Both the position numbers and the translations under genes were made by a program. A DNA stretch of 64,000 nucleotides from Amoeboaphelidium protococcarum X5 (Eukaryota > Fungi > Aphelidiomycota). The stretch lies in the NCBI GenBank assembly GCA_023515725.1, contig JALDTO010000098.1, positions 1,080,164 to 1,144,163 of the forward strand. The letters run 5' to 3'. Under the pieces are notes generated by a model. The model saw only the letters and a list, made by a program, of their open reading frames with translations, ran no database searches and was not told where the DNA came from. Shown piece after piece: positions 1 through 13,084 of this stretch (the stretch's first letter is position 1; each line of letters opens with the position of its first letter).

Positions 1-318
1 GTAGTCCAAATTATGTGCCATTTATATATGAGGGAAGTTCTGCTCCTTCTGATGATTTGAGAAAGTCATCCACTCAGTTGTAGCTTCTGTATGAAGATTT
101 TTATGCTTCACTACCTATGGATAGTAAGTTTCATCGCAATTTCGCATACTCTGCAATGACTGGTGGTTCTGACTTTTACTCCTTCCTGGAGGGTGGTATT
201 GCATCTGGTGGCCTGGCTACTGGAGCGGGCGGCCTAAAGACTGTGGAGTAGAGGGAGAAGTTTGGTGGTCTGGCTAATGCTCCTCTTGATCCGTGTTACC
301 ATCAGTATTGTGATACAT
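1..318 (-). CDS. Hypothetical protein, N-terminal part; runs off the window start
   Basis: With TAR=Gln, ATG at 318 opens a frame without TGA to position 1 (MYHNTDGNTDQEEHQPDHQTSPSTPQ...AHNLDY). No family recognised. Confidence 0.4.
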
Positions 319-526
319 TGCTGAACATTGACCGTTAAGTTCTCGAGGTTAATGCAAAGGCGGTGGCTTTTGTCACTCAGAGATTGGGATAGATGGACAA
401 CTTGAGACTGGTATTTGGCGCTTGATCGCATAGCTGAAATAATATCAGTCGTTTATGATTAAAGTAAACTGATTATCTTTAAATTGAGTTTATTTACCAC
501 TTTTAATTAGTTCTTTTATGGGAAAT

Positions 527-3070
527 TCACTTCTTTTGAGTCTCGATGTGCTTTCTCAACTTCTTCTACTTATCTCTCAAGGACATTTTCTTCTTTGACG
601 CGATACTTCTCTTGTGCACCATCATCATAAAGTTCTTGGACTTCTTTTTCTACTTGTTCGTCGTACTGCCCTTCTCCAAATTGTGCTACCCCTTCCTGCT
701 ACCATGCTTCTTCGTATCCTCGTTCTGATCTTGCTTCATATGAGCAACACGTTCTTCTTTAGTCTACTTACGACGCCTCTGATATCCGAGAATATCTGCG
801 GTTGATACCACGTTGGTGTTGACTCTCTTATATCCATCCTATTCATCTAGATCACCGGCCATGTTATTACTCTTTCTCTTACGCACCGCAGGACCTTCCA
901 CCAGTCGTTTGGCCTCCTTCTCAGCTTGAATCTATCTAATCTTTTCAAAATCTTCCTGAGTTAGGATTCTTTCAGATTCCACTCTTGAAAACATACTTGT
1001 AGCAGTGACTGGCTTGGTTTAAACTGCTTCTTCATCGACGCTATTATTACCTTCGGAGTCTGAGCCTAAGTCGAACTCTACATCCTCCCCATCATCTTCA
1101 ATCTCAAGATCAGATTCAACGTCATCTTCCTCTTCTTCAACAGATGAATCTTATCCACCAATAATATCACCTTCGACATCAGAACCTTCTCCCTCTCCAG
1201 CAATCTCATTACCAGCATCACCTTCCTCGTCATCACTAGCCTGATGAAGTGCCAGACCAAGATGAAGCTGTTTACGGCGCCTGCCTTTATTCGATTCCAT
1301 ATCCTAATTATCATCTGACTCATTGCCACTTACACCATTTAAGTCACCAAAATCCTCGCCATCACTTCCCGCAAGATCCAAGTCTTGATCCAACAACTCT
1401 GTGCCATCGATACCATCTATAACTTTCTGCTCACCAAATCTGACACCAATTTGAGCTCTAGAATCTCCATGAATAAGTTCCATCTGAGCCAGCTTACCGC
1501 GCTCTTTACGAGGCAACAAATCTGGCTGCACCTCACGGAACAAGTTGATCAATCCTCTGCACGCCATCTGGACACCCTTCTCACGATGGCTCTTGAATGT
1601 ACACAAATAATGCAGAATCTCCTTGTCCATGGCAAGAGAATTACGACTGCATATTTCTCTAATTGAATTAATACCGGCCTAAATAACTTCGCCACTGAAA
1701 CTGTCAGTACAAAAATTGTTAGCCAAAGTCTTGACCAATGGCTGCAGACACTCCTCCGGTGGTACGAGAGAATGGACAGACTGAGCAAGTATCACCAGAA
1801 TGGATGTGATATCCTACTGCTTAGGACGCAGATACTTCATCATGTATGGATAGAAATTGAGTACCAGCAACTAATGCAAACCAATCAATCGCGACATTAA
1901 ATTCATCACCATCAACTTGAGTTCAAACTTTAACTCAGTATGACTCTTCATTGCAGACTACTATTACTGGTTCTTCTAGGACTAAACACCAGTAGATTAT
2001 CCTTTAGTTAAAAGTTTAAACAGCCGCTCACATAAAGTTTATGGATCATTCAGCAAATGCAGGGCAGAGAAGTTGAAGCTTTCAGCCTTGGATTACGCAT
2101 TCTGCTTCCTCTTCACCACCTTCATCGCCTTTTATAGAGCTTTCTTATTACCTTTAGCCTTCTTGGATACGATACTTCTAAATTTGAGCTGCTTAATATC
2201 AGGCAGATTGTTTCCACCATCAGAATCCTCATCATCGCTGTCATCGTCATCAGAGTCTGTACCTAGAAAGAACTTCAGGGCCTGCACCAACACCTTCTTA
2301 TGGGGAGAAAATAGAGCATCTGCAATAACATTCACAGTCTTGGCATCATTCCATATCTACTTCTTGTACAACTCTACACAAATATCCAGAGAGTACTTGG
2401 CTGCAATATCACTGGCATCTCCACTTTCAATCGCTCCGTATTATGCTAATAACGCGTCTGACTAATTACCACCATTCTAAGCCTTGGCAATCATCTATTG
2501 CTAATGACTGGCTGCATCCTCTGAGATCATTGAGAACATGAAACTCTGCAGCGTTCGATTGACTTTATTATTCTTACCGGAGGAGTTGAGTTACTTGATA
2601 TCATTGATAATGAACTTCTTTAACACTTCTCTAAGATTCTTATCGCGGCACTTGAGCAAAAAGAAGGCCAGAGAGAGTAGTGGCGTAGCATCTTGCATCA
2701 GACCTTTGCCACGCTGTGGACCATTAGACTACCCACCCGCACCTCTCACAGTCGATTTACTCCTTACCAACATCAGAGATGAGACTAGAGATTTACGCGT
2801 CATTGGATGCATGGTAGTATAATTATTCTTCAATAACGATATTATTTTATCAACAAAACCATCTTTAATCAAATCCTGAGAGTAACAACTGCTAACGTGA
2901 GCCAGAAAGTGTACAACTTCAGTGAACAGATCATTCTCTTGCGATGGATCAATCTTGACCAGCGATAAAAGATTGTTGAAATGAGACAGTTATCTCAAGA
3001 AATCATCTTTGTATCCCTCAGGATCCCTCTTTACAAGATTCTACAACTACTAAATGGTGAGTTCTGTCAT
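527..3070 (-). CDS. SDA1: SDA1, 60S ribosome biogenesis protein (~847 aa)
   Basis: Starts [25 protein letters not shown]; contains [33 protein letters not shown], an acidic linker, RILTQEDF and a basic C-terminus ([15 protein letters not shown]). Ends TGA at 527-529. Confidence 0.93.
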
Positions 3071-3336
3071 ACTTTTTATTATTTCAGTTTTGCGTTATTT
3101 TCAGAATCAGGCTGATCTGGTTTACTGTTAGTTGTTGATGATTTCTCTCTCTCTCTCTCGCTCGCTCGCTCTGACTGAAACGCGCTTAGTTACTTCACTT
3201 ATCACGCGTGTTTCACCTCTTTCTTTCCTCGAACGCGGGCCAATGTGCTTGGTGAGACTTTAGTGCAGCAATAAATAGTAAGATTGAAGCAGAAATTTCA
3301 ATTTGAACTATGCAAACAACTTGTAAAAGTGCTTCA

Positions 3337-3963
3337 TCATGATAGACGTACAAAACATCCTAGTGTGCCATGACCATCCCATTGATGAGGCGCTAATTTA
3401 AACTACAAAAGATCAGAGTTCCTCAACACGGCCACTGGGATTCTTTAGTCTTGGTTGTCGCGAACCAGATCGGCAATCTTTTTCAGTTTATCACCACTTG
3501 ACTACTATTTAATATCCCCAAACGACACAATTCTGTCACCATCTCTCAGTCCACATTCCCACGCAGGGGAATCAAAAACTACTCTCTCAATTACAGCAAA
3601 AGTTAAGGTGTTGTGTCCTGATGAGATATCCCCTCCAGCATTTTTGTTGTTATTGTTGTTGTTGTTATCTATGTCGTTGATTTAGCCCGACTAAGTTCCC
3701 ACTCGAGTTGTAAAATGCATTTACAGAGCCAGATCAATCTACTTCATAAGAGCTCTTAAGTCATTCTGCAGCTCTATGGTCTACACACGCATCTACCTGA
3801 TTTGCATAATATCCATATCTGCACGCGGATATCCATCACTGTCTATGAGTGGTTCGTGCATCCCAATTTGCTGGCCATCCACAGTCACCATTTGCTGTTC
3901 CAACAATCTCAACTAAGATTCTAGCTACTCCTTCTATCTCAACAGTGCATCCATCAAAGTCAT
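3337..3963 (-). CDS. PSMD9: 26S proteasome assembly chaperone p27 (NAS2/PSMD9), PDZ-like
   Basis: EPLIDSDGYPRADMDIMQIR...ELQND and C-terminal WDGHGTLGC. Ends TGA TGA. Confidence 0.92.
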
Positions 3964-4125
3964 AATAATACTATTATCCTTTCAACTCAACTAAATTAAT
4001 ATCTTTGGGTATAAGTGATTGTTTTAAGAACGATTGTTTAAAGAGGAAAGAAACGCGTCAATAAGAAACTCCAAGAGCTTTCAATAGAAATTGCACTGAA
4101 TATTTAGAGTTTAAATGTAAGATAA

Positions 4126-5166
4126 TCAAGCCATGTTTAACAAATAGTCAAGTTCAAACATCTCAGTCTCCTTGGCATAGTGGAAGCTGATGGGCCGAGA
4201 TGAGAAGAATATCGATTCCATCTTGTCCCAGCCGCGCCATTCATTTATACTTCTAGGCAGGTACGGATTCAGTCCTTAGTTATTAGTCAGAGTGACGTTG
4301 TAATGATAGTAGAGACACCAAGAGAGGAGTACATCTTCACCCCAAGACTCATCAGCTCGTGCTCCATTTATTTCATCACACCTGGACATGTTGGCGGCGA
4401 ACATATTCAACATCTGTGATGAGAAAAGATATCCGGCACCACCAGACGCCAGAGGGACAGGTTCATCATCGCGCGACTTGATCTGCCTGCCGACGAAGTA
4501 CGGTGTCTTCATAGGATCCTGATATTGACGCAATGATTTTACCAGATTAGGAATCAGCACAAATGTATCATCATCTACTTTAAAGAACCATTTATACTTC
4601 TTCTTATTCTTATTATTGCTACTCTATTTTGCATTGATACTCTTAAAATCTGATGAAGATTGATGTTCATACAAATATCGCCAGGCAGCGAGAGTCTTTT
4701 TTGTTATGTGATGAGTATTACCCTCTTCCACATCCAATTAAATCACCTCATCCAGAGCAGGACTAGTCAAATTAACATCCAGGAAGGGATGTTTAATAGT
4801 TTTCGCCTATTACTGTAAAATAAAACTGGTCAAATTAAAATCCTAATTCTAAGATTTTCCAATCATATAGCGAATGGTTGATCGAGATTTGTTCGGATTT
4901 CCCCATGTGTTGTGAATATTCCATATCCTGTTAATAGTCTACGGCGATGTAATTACAGCTATGAATATATCATCTTCAAGGACGTGGCTCCTCTAGCGAA
5001 AGGAGAGGGACAGCGAGGAGTCTTCATTGGGCACGAGTGATGATGGATCAGCATCTGTTCGGTACCAGCGCACAAGAATATACAGATTGATCATCACCAG
5101 CGAGAAGGCCAGCATCTTGGCCACATTACCAGATAATAGGCTCATTAATTAGAATCGCTTCATCAT
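4126..5166 (-). CDS. GT31 glycosyltransferase (C1GALT1/Fringe-like), type II membrane protein
   Basis: N-terminal hydrophobic anchor; NTWG, WFFKVDDDTFV (DxD), SGGAGY, EDV and ISFHY motifs. Confidence 0.85.
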
Positions 5167-5495
5167 CCAGCTAATGCTTTTCTGTCTTATGATAAATGAT
5201 AATGAGCGCAAGTCTAAGCGATAATATTTTTATGCCAATATTTTTATGCCACTGACAGAGAAAGAGGATGAGCTGCTGGTTACAGATGAGGAGAAAACAC
5301 GGAGGAGGAAGGGAACGAGTGCGACAATCAATTGAGGCCAAGCTTCTCACAAATTCATTTAAATAGAGATTGTAAAACTATAATATTTATTTATCTTTAG
5401 GCATTTATAACTCTTTATGTATCGCTTTAGTATATATTTATATAGTACAATTACCAACCCATGACAAAGTGAGGAACGGTACGCGTAACCAACTA

Positions 5496-7961
5496 TCAAC
5501 TTCTCGTCTACTTCACCTGGACATTATTGCGCCCATTGCCAGTATTTTTCTCCTGATTCAAGTCTGTGTGAAATCTAAAACTATTGCCGCCATCCAGAGC
5601 CTCGACTTGGTGCAAGTCTAGAGCAAAATTTAACTCTTACTGCTTAGCAAGTAAATCAGCAGAATCAGCACCATCAGAACTTATTCCAAGATCTTTATGC
5701 AGCTGATGAACAAACTTTTCGCGATGATGAGCACGCTAGTTCTATCTAGATTACTAATCTTCCATCTAGCCAGGATCACCAGACGCGCCATTGCCTCCAT
5801 TCAGCACATTTGTAAAAGGTCCACTATGACTGGTGGGCTTCACGTTGTCTTTATCCACACAATACATCCAGATGCGAGTGCGATAAATCTGGTACAAATC
5901 CCTGACCAGAGTGCGGAAGTCAATTCTCGGCGCTGGTTGATTAGGATAAAATGTTGGCAGAGTAACGGTGAAGAAGTACGTCAACTTTCTTCGATCCCAT
6001 TAGTACTCGGCATCAATGATAGCCATTGGTAGTTTCCACTCTTGCACCTTGTACTATCCAACTGCGATCGCATTCAATTCATCGCGAATCTTGGACTGCA
6101 GAGATTCGATTTCCACTGCCGAGGCCAGTCTATAAATCTTCTTTGGCATGCCATTGTTACCACCATTACCGCTCGCAGACTATACACACTACTACCCGCC
6201 AAACATTTACAAACCGCCACCTGAATAGTTGAAATCAAATTGATCATCCATGCCCATTCCCAGACCATAATGCTGCATCTAGCTGTGCTATAACATTTGA
6301 TTATTCTTCTATCCGCCATGCGCAACTGGATTCTTTCTAGGCAACGGAACATTAATATTATCCATCAAAACTCGGCCCAAATCTTCACCGCGATCAGCTT
6401 CTACCACAACATAGTCGCCAATTTTGATTTTAAGATTTGATAGCTCTTCGTACCCATATACATTTATGGACGGAGCTATGTAAAATGTGTCAGTGCGGCC
6501 ACTGGTAAACTGAACTAGGTAACAAGTCAAAGATTAGGGAGTACCGCTATAAGGAATACTCGACTGGGCATCAAAATAATTACCACTCCCTGCACCATAT
6601 TGAGACGATAGACCGATACCATTGCCACCATTCATCAAAGACCCGACATGCGCATGAGCTGCAGCAACACTCTAAGAGGAACTGCCACTAGGCATAAACA
6701 CTGGTGCATTCAACAGAGAACGATCAAACATTGAAGACTTTTGCTCACTGTGTCCATATGGAGAATTGACAGCATCATCAGTTTGCTATTAAAATTAATA
6801 AATAGAATCCGTTCTACCAGTTGAATATGATTCTTCATCAATCGGAATCTATTAACGGAAATTAAAAGAGTCACTTCCAAATAGAGACTAACTACCAAAG
6901 GTGCTAGGGAGGGAGAACTTGCGCTGTGATGGATGACTGTTCTATGCAGCCGGTTTCCAATCAATAGGGTCTTAAAACTCATCAACGCCAGATTAGTTCA
7001 AAGACGACGCGATGTTGCCGCGCGAACCAGCAGATCTTAAACCAGTGAAAGCATTAAACGCACTACCGCCTGCGGGAAACAACTGACTGGTGCTAAGAGA
7101 AGACGAGCTCTGGGCAATATCAGAATTGGACGAGCTGATGTTAGAATCACAAATGGCACTAAGATTAGCGTTAGACGACTATGCGCTACTTCCAATTACG
7201 GACAGCTTCTCAAAAGCAGAATTAAAAGGATTGTCAGTGAATAAAGAATTGGAGACGGTGTGGCGTCTTGCTTTAGTTCTACTATTCGCACCATGAGCGC
7301 TTGTCTTTTCATCACCGGCAGGAGAGCTATGAACAGACTTTCCAATCGGACCCACAGCCAAATTTCTTACAGACATCGAGCTAGGCAAAGTAGAGGCTTT
7401 AACAGGACCGCTCTTGCTCATCCCACTGACCATACCAGCGTTTTGATTGCTTTAAGTTAAAGAAGAGGCCGGTCTTCTCTCTGAAGGTCCCATAGACTAA
7501 ATGTCAGACATCAAGCTCCTAATCATGTCTGCAGCATTGACATACGGCGCACCGCCAAGGCAGCTATCCACTTATTGACTGCGAACACCACACTTATCTT
7601 CATCACGGCTAGAGCTGACTTAAGAGCCATTTTATGAATCATTCGCATAGTAAGACTTGTTACTGGAACGTGTAGACACGGACTAGTTCATAGAATGCTC
7701 AGGAGTTGGTGTTGTTGAATCTACAGGTGTGGCCTCATTAGACTAAGACTGAGGAGGAGTGAATAGACGGTCTTCGCCATCCTTACGATCGCCTCCCTAT
7801 CTTTCAGATTTATCAGAAGTGATGAGCTATTCAGCACTCAGTGGCTCATCAATGTCCATTCTATTACTCTACGACTGCATCTCAGCAGATTCTTATTTCT
7901 TCTAATCAAATTCAGCTCTCTTTTACGCCAGAATAGACGCATATGTTTTACTCGTTTCCAT
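5496..7961 (-). CDS. PSP1: PSP1 C-terminal domain protein with long low-complexity N-terminus (~821 aa)
   Basis: GDYVVVEADRGEDLG, DAEYQWDRRKLTYFF, RIDFRTLVRDLYQIYRTRIWM. One continuous frame under TAR=Gln; start codon not certain (7961 or 7880). Confidence 0.85.
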
Positions 7962-8840
7962 CTCAAATACGGCAATCTTTACTATTCAATCTATCTACAA
8001 GCGCGAATATGATAATAAATAATGTCAATATTTATAATGAGTTTAATACATACATGCAATATATATATACACTTTTATCCAACAAGACGTATAATCTGAT
8101 TAACCGATGTATTTTATTACAAATGATCTCGCCGATGACAAGAACAGCAGACGAAGACGTGTACAATCTATTTAGTGTAAATACGGGCTAAATGAGATCT
8201 ATATATACAGTATATACAATGAAAAGTGACACCAACAGAGACGCCCTATACAGAAACAAAGTGTGACTGAGTGAGGAGAGTGAAATGTGGCTTTTCCCGT
8301 TCGTTGTTCTTCTTCTGCGCACACAAGAGAGCGGAAGAGAGAGAGAAAGGGGCCTCACAAAAAACAAAGAGGCGCGGCGTTTATTTCAAGTGTGGCTGAG
8401 CATCGCCTGTCGTTTCAGTCATGTCGTTGTTCCCAAATAGGAAATTCCTTCTCGTATGATTAGAATTTCATCTCACGCACATGTTTCTTTAAAGATAGCA
8501 TTGTAGTACCTAAGTTTATTGGCTTCTAGTATCTGCAGTGGGGCAATATTCTTGACTCGCGATATGCATGGCGCAGCAAAGTGACTTTTTGCAATTTTCT
8601 CCGGTAGATGCTCAGTGCTTTGTATAATGAAGACTGTAAGTAAGGTGGCACTGCAAAAGAGTCCCTCAGACACCGTGTTTCAGTCATACCAATTAGTCTT
8701 TTGCTTAAGTGAAATATCTACCGAATTAATTCTTAAATAGCTTGTTTGATTGCCGAGTTATCTCCATAGCTTTGATTCCTCAAAACTCAACTCGCGGTCT
8801 ATTTTCCACACTACATTAAAATCTCTCAAAGGGGAAAATA

Positions 8841-11800
8841 ATGAAGCACGTCAATTTGAGAGAGTACTCACGTCTGCAGAAGTTGTATATCGCGTAAATT
8901 CGCAGTTAGACGCGTGATATTAAAGTTTCGGATATCTGTGTTGATGTTTAGGAGCTGCTTGACACGTTAAACAATTATGATATACAAGCCATGCTGCCTG
9001 GTCTTTTGATATTGCATTATAAGCTTATTGCAGTGTTTCTCTCTAGAAGTACTAATCAAGATATAAATGATGATTATATGAGTTAATTGCGGTATGCCTG
9101 GGATAATGATCATCATAAGTAGGATGTGTATTTTAGATTGGTATAGATACTTGTGGGCCGTGATATGAAGCAGAACTTTGGCTGCGATTAATAGGAATTT
9201 GATAGTCTTGTGAGCTTATTTTAATAATTGGAAGCGTTTGAGTTTAAAGAGCTTTGGATTGAACTGTTCATTAAATTGGACTTGTCTGTAGTTGGATCCT
9301 CTTAAATCTAATCATTGTTGGTAATTTTGATAGAGCAGGTGTAATGCGAATCTTCTGCAGTGACTCGCCAGTTGTATGTAAAATGTCTCGGTCATGTTCT
9401 GAATTATCTTGATCTGCACGGGTTGATGCTTCTTCAGGACTGTATCAATAGCATGCCCATTGGACACAAGAGCCGCTTATAGTTTAAAGCTTTAACTGTA
9501 AAGCGCGCTTAGATATTGAATGTTGAAGTTAAATTGGAGGATTTTTAGTAGGTTCTTACAGAAGTTGCTATCTCTCTTTAGTCCGATGTTAAAGCCATTA
9601 ATGCTGCCTCGGATTATCTTCTCGAGGTGATAAATGTTATTCACTAATAGCAGGCGTAGTTGATGTCAAAAGATAAGAATATTTAAGAGTACTGGAATGA
9701 GCTTCACGACCGTTTATTGGAATTGGTGTGTAACATTGTCGATGACGATCATTTGTAGCGTGTATCTTCGAATGTTCTAAACAGGCTGGTCGACGCGCAT
9801 TCTGGGTTCTGGATGGTCATGGTCGGAGACTTCGCGTCAAGTTCATCATCTTTAGAAATTGATAAGGCTTTACTCATCGTCTTGGTATGTAGCCATCTGG
9901 CGTTGAATGATTTCTATCGTCTTGCTGCATGCGATGTCCTTAGTGAAGATAATATCTAATGTCTAGCTGAAAAGTGTGTTGTACTGCTTAGACATGACTT
10001 CTTTTTCGTTAGACAAGCTGCTCTGAAGGTTATTATAACGTGTGCATCAGTAATATAATGCGCTATTATTGAAAAACAATGTCAGGCTGCTATAATCTTG
10101 AGCATTAAACTCAATGGACGCGTTAGTGAAAGTAAAATTTAAAAGTTCATTCGCTTACTGTAAGAACATTTTACCCCAAGTAATCGTGCCATGGGATAGA
10201 GAGGGAAGGTTTTGGCACTTGGTGGGAACACCATTTCATTGAATATCGATCTAATATGCGAAATATTGGAGGTTCTATCTCCCTTTATGCTTCCCGGTGC
10301 ACTCTAGTCTTAGACTTTACTTGCGCTCAAGTTGTTGCTGCTTTTGAATTCCATTTCGCGTTAGAATCTCATGGAAGCTTTATCGTCAAGGAAGTCAAGC
10401 ATAAGGTACATCTAAGAATTTGCAGATAGAGAACTTTGGGCATTGCCGTAGGAAACTCGATCTACTGCTGCATAGCTCTACGGTGAATTTATCTCTGCGG
10501 AATCCTTGACGGTAAATGAACTTGTGCGTTAACTATCTGAAAGCTTAAGGCCTAATAAAGTCGAGTCCTATATGGTTAAAATGTCTTTGTTGTAAATTTA
10601 ACAGCCTGAGAGGGTACAAAAGTGCATTATTGATTGCTTTGTCGATACAGTTAAGCGTTATGATTCTAATGACTATAAGAACAGTATTTTGCAGAAACCG
10701 TTGTTTGGTATAGTTATGGTTATGGAAAAGTTTTGTGATAAGAGGGATTTGAGTGCAGTAAAGTATGAAATTTGGATATATTTATAATTTGCTTAATAGT
10801 GCCTCATAGAAGTAGAGTCAAGTTCTGCCCTGGAACATAAGTCAAACCTACTGTCTTCTAATAAATTATCGCTTCTCAAGGACGATTAAGAGCGAGTTGC
10901 TTGGCGCTGTGTTGAATAAGCGCTGAAATTGATAGTTTCTCTGTGCAGCTTTGAAATATCGAGTCTCTCGGTTCGTATCGCTGAAGTTTCTAAAGTTTAG
11001 TAACAATTGATGAAGGTGTCAACTGTGTTCTCTCATTGGGGCGTAGCACAAGTCAGTGCTTAACTGCTCTCATAGTTAACGACATCTTGTCTCTCTTAGC
11101 AAATGTATGCCCATTTACCGCAGGAGTGGACTGAGCAGATTATTTATGGCGTTCTGTCCGGTTAGTATCAATTTCTCAAGATTGATGGCCGATTTTCCGG
11201 AATACCTGGCTAGATCAAAGCTATACTGCATGCTTTCAATGGTGATGAAAGGAGAATGATTTTGATTTCAATAGTACGACGGCTCAGCGCGGAACTGAAA
11301 TGTGGCGAATACGCATCTGATGCTGCCTTTGTCCTCAGATACATTTATGAAGATAATTCGCTATCTGAAATGGTTCAGTATTTTGTGCCCGAGATAACAT
11401 GCTCCATCATAAAGATGAAAATATTGGACTTGAGCGCCATGGCGAGAAATACAATGCAGAGTCTATTTTCATTGCTGTGCAAAGAGTTAGTCAACCGGTA
11501 TACTACCTTGAAGAATCTCAAAGCCCATTTATCATAACTTTACACTTTATTACTAGAGTCGTTGGAGACCAACAATTAGTATTTGTGCATGCTCATGATT
11601 AAAGGCTTGTTAGATAACGATGTGTAAAGACGATTTGGATATCGATACGAAGAATTAGAATCTGCTCTGATAAGAAAATTGGGATCATTTATGTGGCATG
11701 TGCGTTCTGCCGCGGTAGATTGCCTTACAATGATGAATGTTGGTGCTGGCCGTGTCAAGAGTGTCTTATTATCCTCTGATGGCCAATAGTCTAGTAATTT

Positions 11801-12674
11801 GTGGCATGGATTGCTTTGCTTGAATAGATCCACTTATCGGGCGAATCCTCATTAGAAATACAATTCACTTATGAATAATTTTAGCGAGGGACCTCAAGAT
11901 CAAAGTGGTATATTTCGAAACCCTGCTTTACTTGGCGATGAAGTCAGTTATGATTTTGATGACGGTAATAAAGTTGCATTGCAGGATCTGTCTATGGTTG
12001 AGTATTTGAGAATGACTTCCTGTAAAAGGTAAGTCATCCTTTCTGCTTTACTTTATAATCCTGAAGTATAGAAGGACAAGTTAAACGATCTGTTGCTTAC
12101 TGACTTGACTCTTTCCAGTGGAAATGAAGATTTATCATTGACCATGGTTTAATTAGCTTGCAAATGTTACCATTCAATGTTCTTAAACTAGTGCGTATCG
12201 CCTCTTCTTGTAATGTTGAGTGCTCTACTCTCAGCTGATGTTCGTCTATAAAATGCTGCGATTGAATCTCTACAAGTTAAGACTGGCATTCCTGAGTAGG
12301 TCGATTTGCTTATCTCTGACATATTCTGCTAATTAAGGTAGTGTCAGCTCAATGAAGATGGCTTGACGATCGTTTAGAAGTATATAGCTAAAATTCTTGG
12401 CGATGGGCTGGTTTGCATTGATGCGATAAAGATACAAGATATGCTTACAAATCCAGATTCTTACAATTAGCCCATTGAAGTTAATTGGCATTTGATCTTA
12501 TCAGAGATTGACAGGTTAATTAATGAACGCCCACTGAAACTAGAGGTTCCGCTTGTTGATATATGTCGACAAATGCTTTCGGTTATTGAGGACTATACCG
12601 CGTAAAATGAGCAAATATTGTCGTACGCACACGTCTATATAATGCGAGGAAGGCTTTAGTCACTATGTCAGTGA
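8841..12674 (+). CDS. Large HEAT/ARM-repeat protein, probably THADA/Trm732-like (~1277 aa)
   Basis: Single frame, ATG 8841 to TGA 12672; helical composition. GRFSGIPGQIKAIL resembles the THADA RRSAGLP motif and LGSFMWHVRSAAVDCL resembles the later conserved block. Match is weak. Confidence 0.6.
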
Positions 12675-12788
12675 TTTCAAAAGTTTAATGATACTCATGA
12701 TTAGATTCTATATAGACAATTCGTAAAGTTTTTCGTACCTCTTTTGACTGCAGTACTTGGCTTGTACTTTTGACTGCCTTTGAGTTTT

Positions 12789-12937
12789 TGATATGAAGTG
12801 GCACTTAATGGACTGTTGATTGGCGACCGTTTACTTTAGAGCGCGTGTACAAGCTTTCTAGTTGATAATGTGACCATAAACACCAACTTGCCATCATGCT
12901 CGCCAATCAACAGTCCATTAAGTGCCACTTCATATCA
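12789..12937. repeat. Perfect 38-bp inverted repeat with 73-bp spacer
   Basis: TGATATGAAGTGGCACTTAATGGACTGTTGATTGGCGA (12789-12826) is the exact reverse complement of 12900-12937. Confidence 0.95.
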
Positions 12938-13084
12938 CACGCGAGTTTCAACCAGCGAATCACATAACGTTCTCAGCCGTGGGAATTCAGGAGCCGTAAA
13001 CTCGTGCTTTTTATTTTTTTTATGGACTGAATATTTTTGATCTTCGTCATTCCAATAAGAAATAACAAAATATCATAATTGGAA

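Noticed and set aside
8400-8840. Possible upstream exon or separate gene before the THADA-like CDS
   Set aside because: Plus-strand frames are interrupted by TGA or lack a convincing start; no TGTAG-type intron or recognisable motif.
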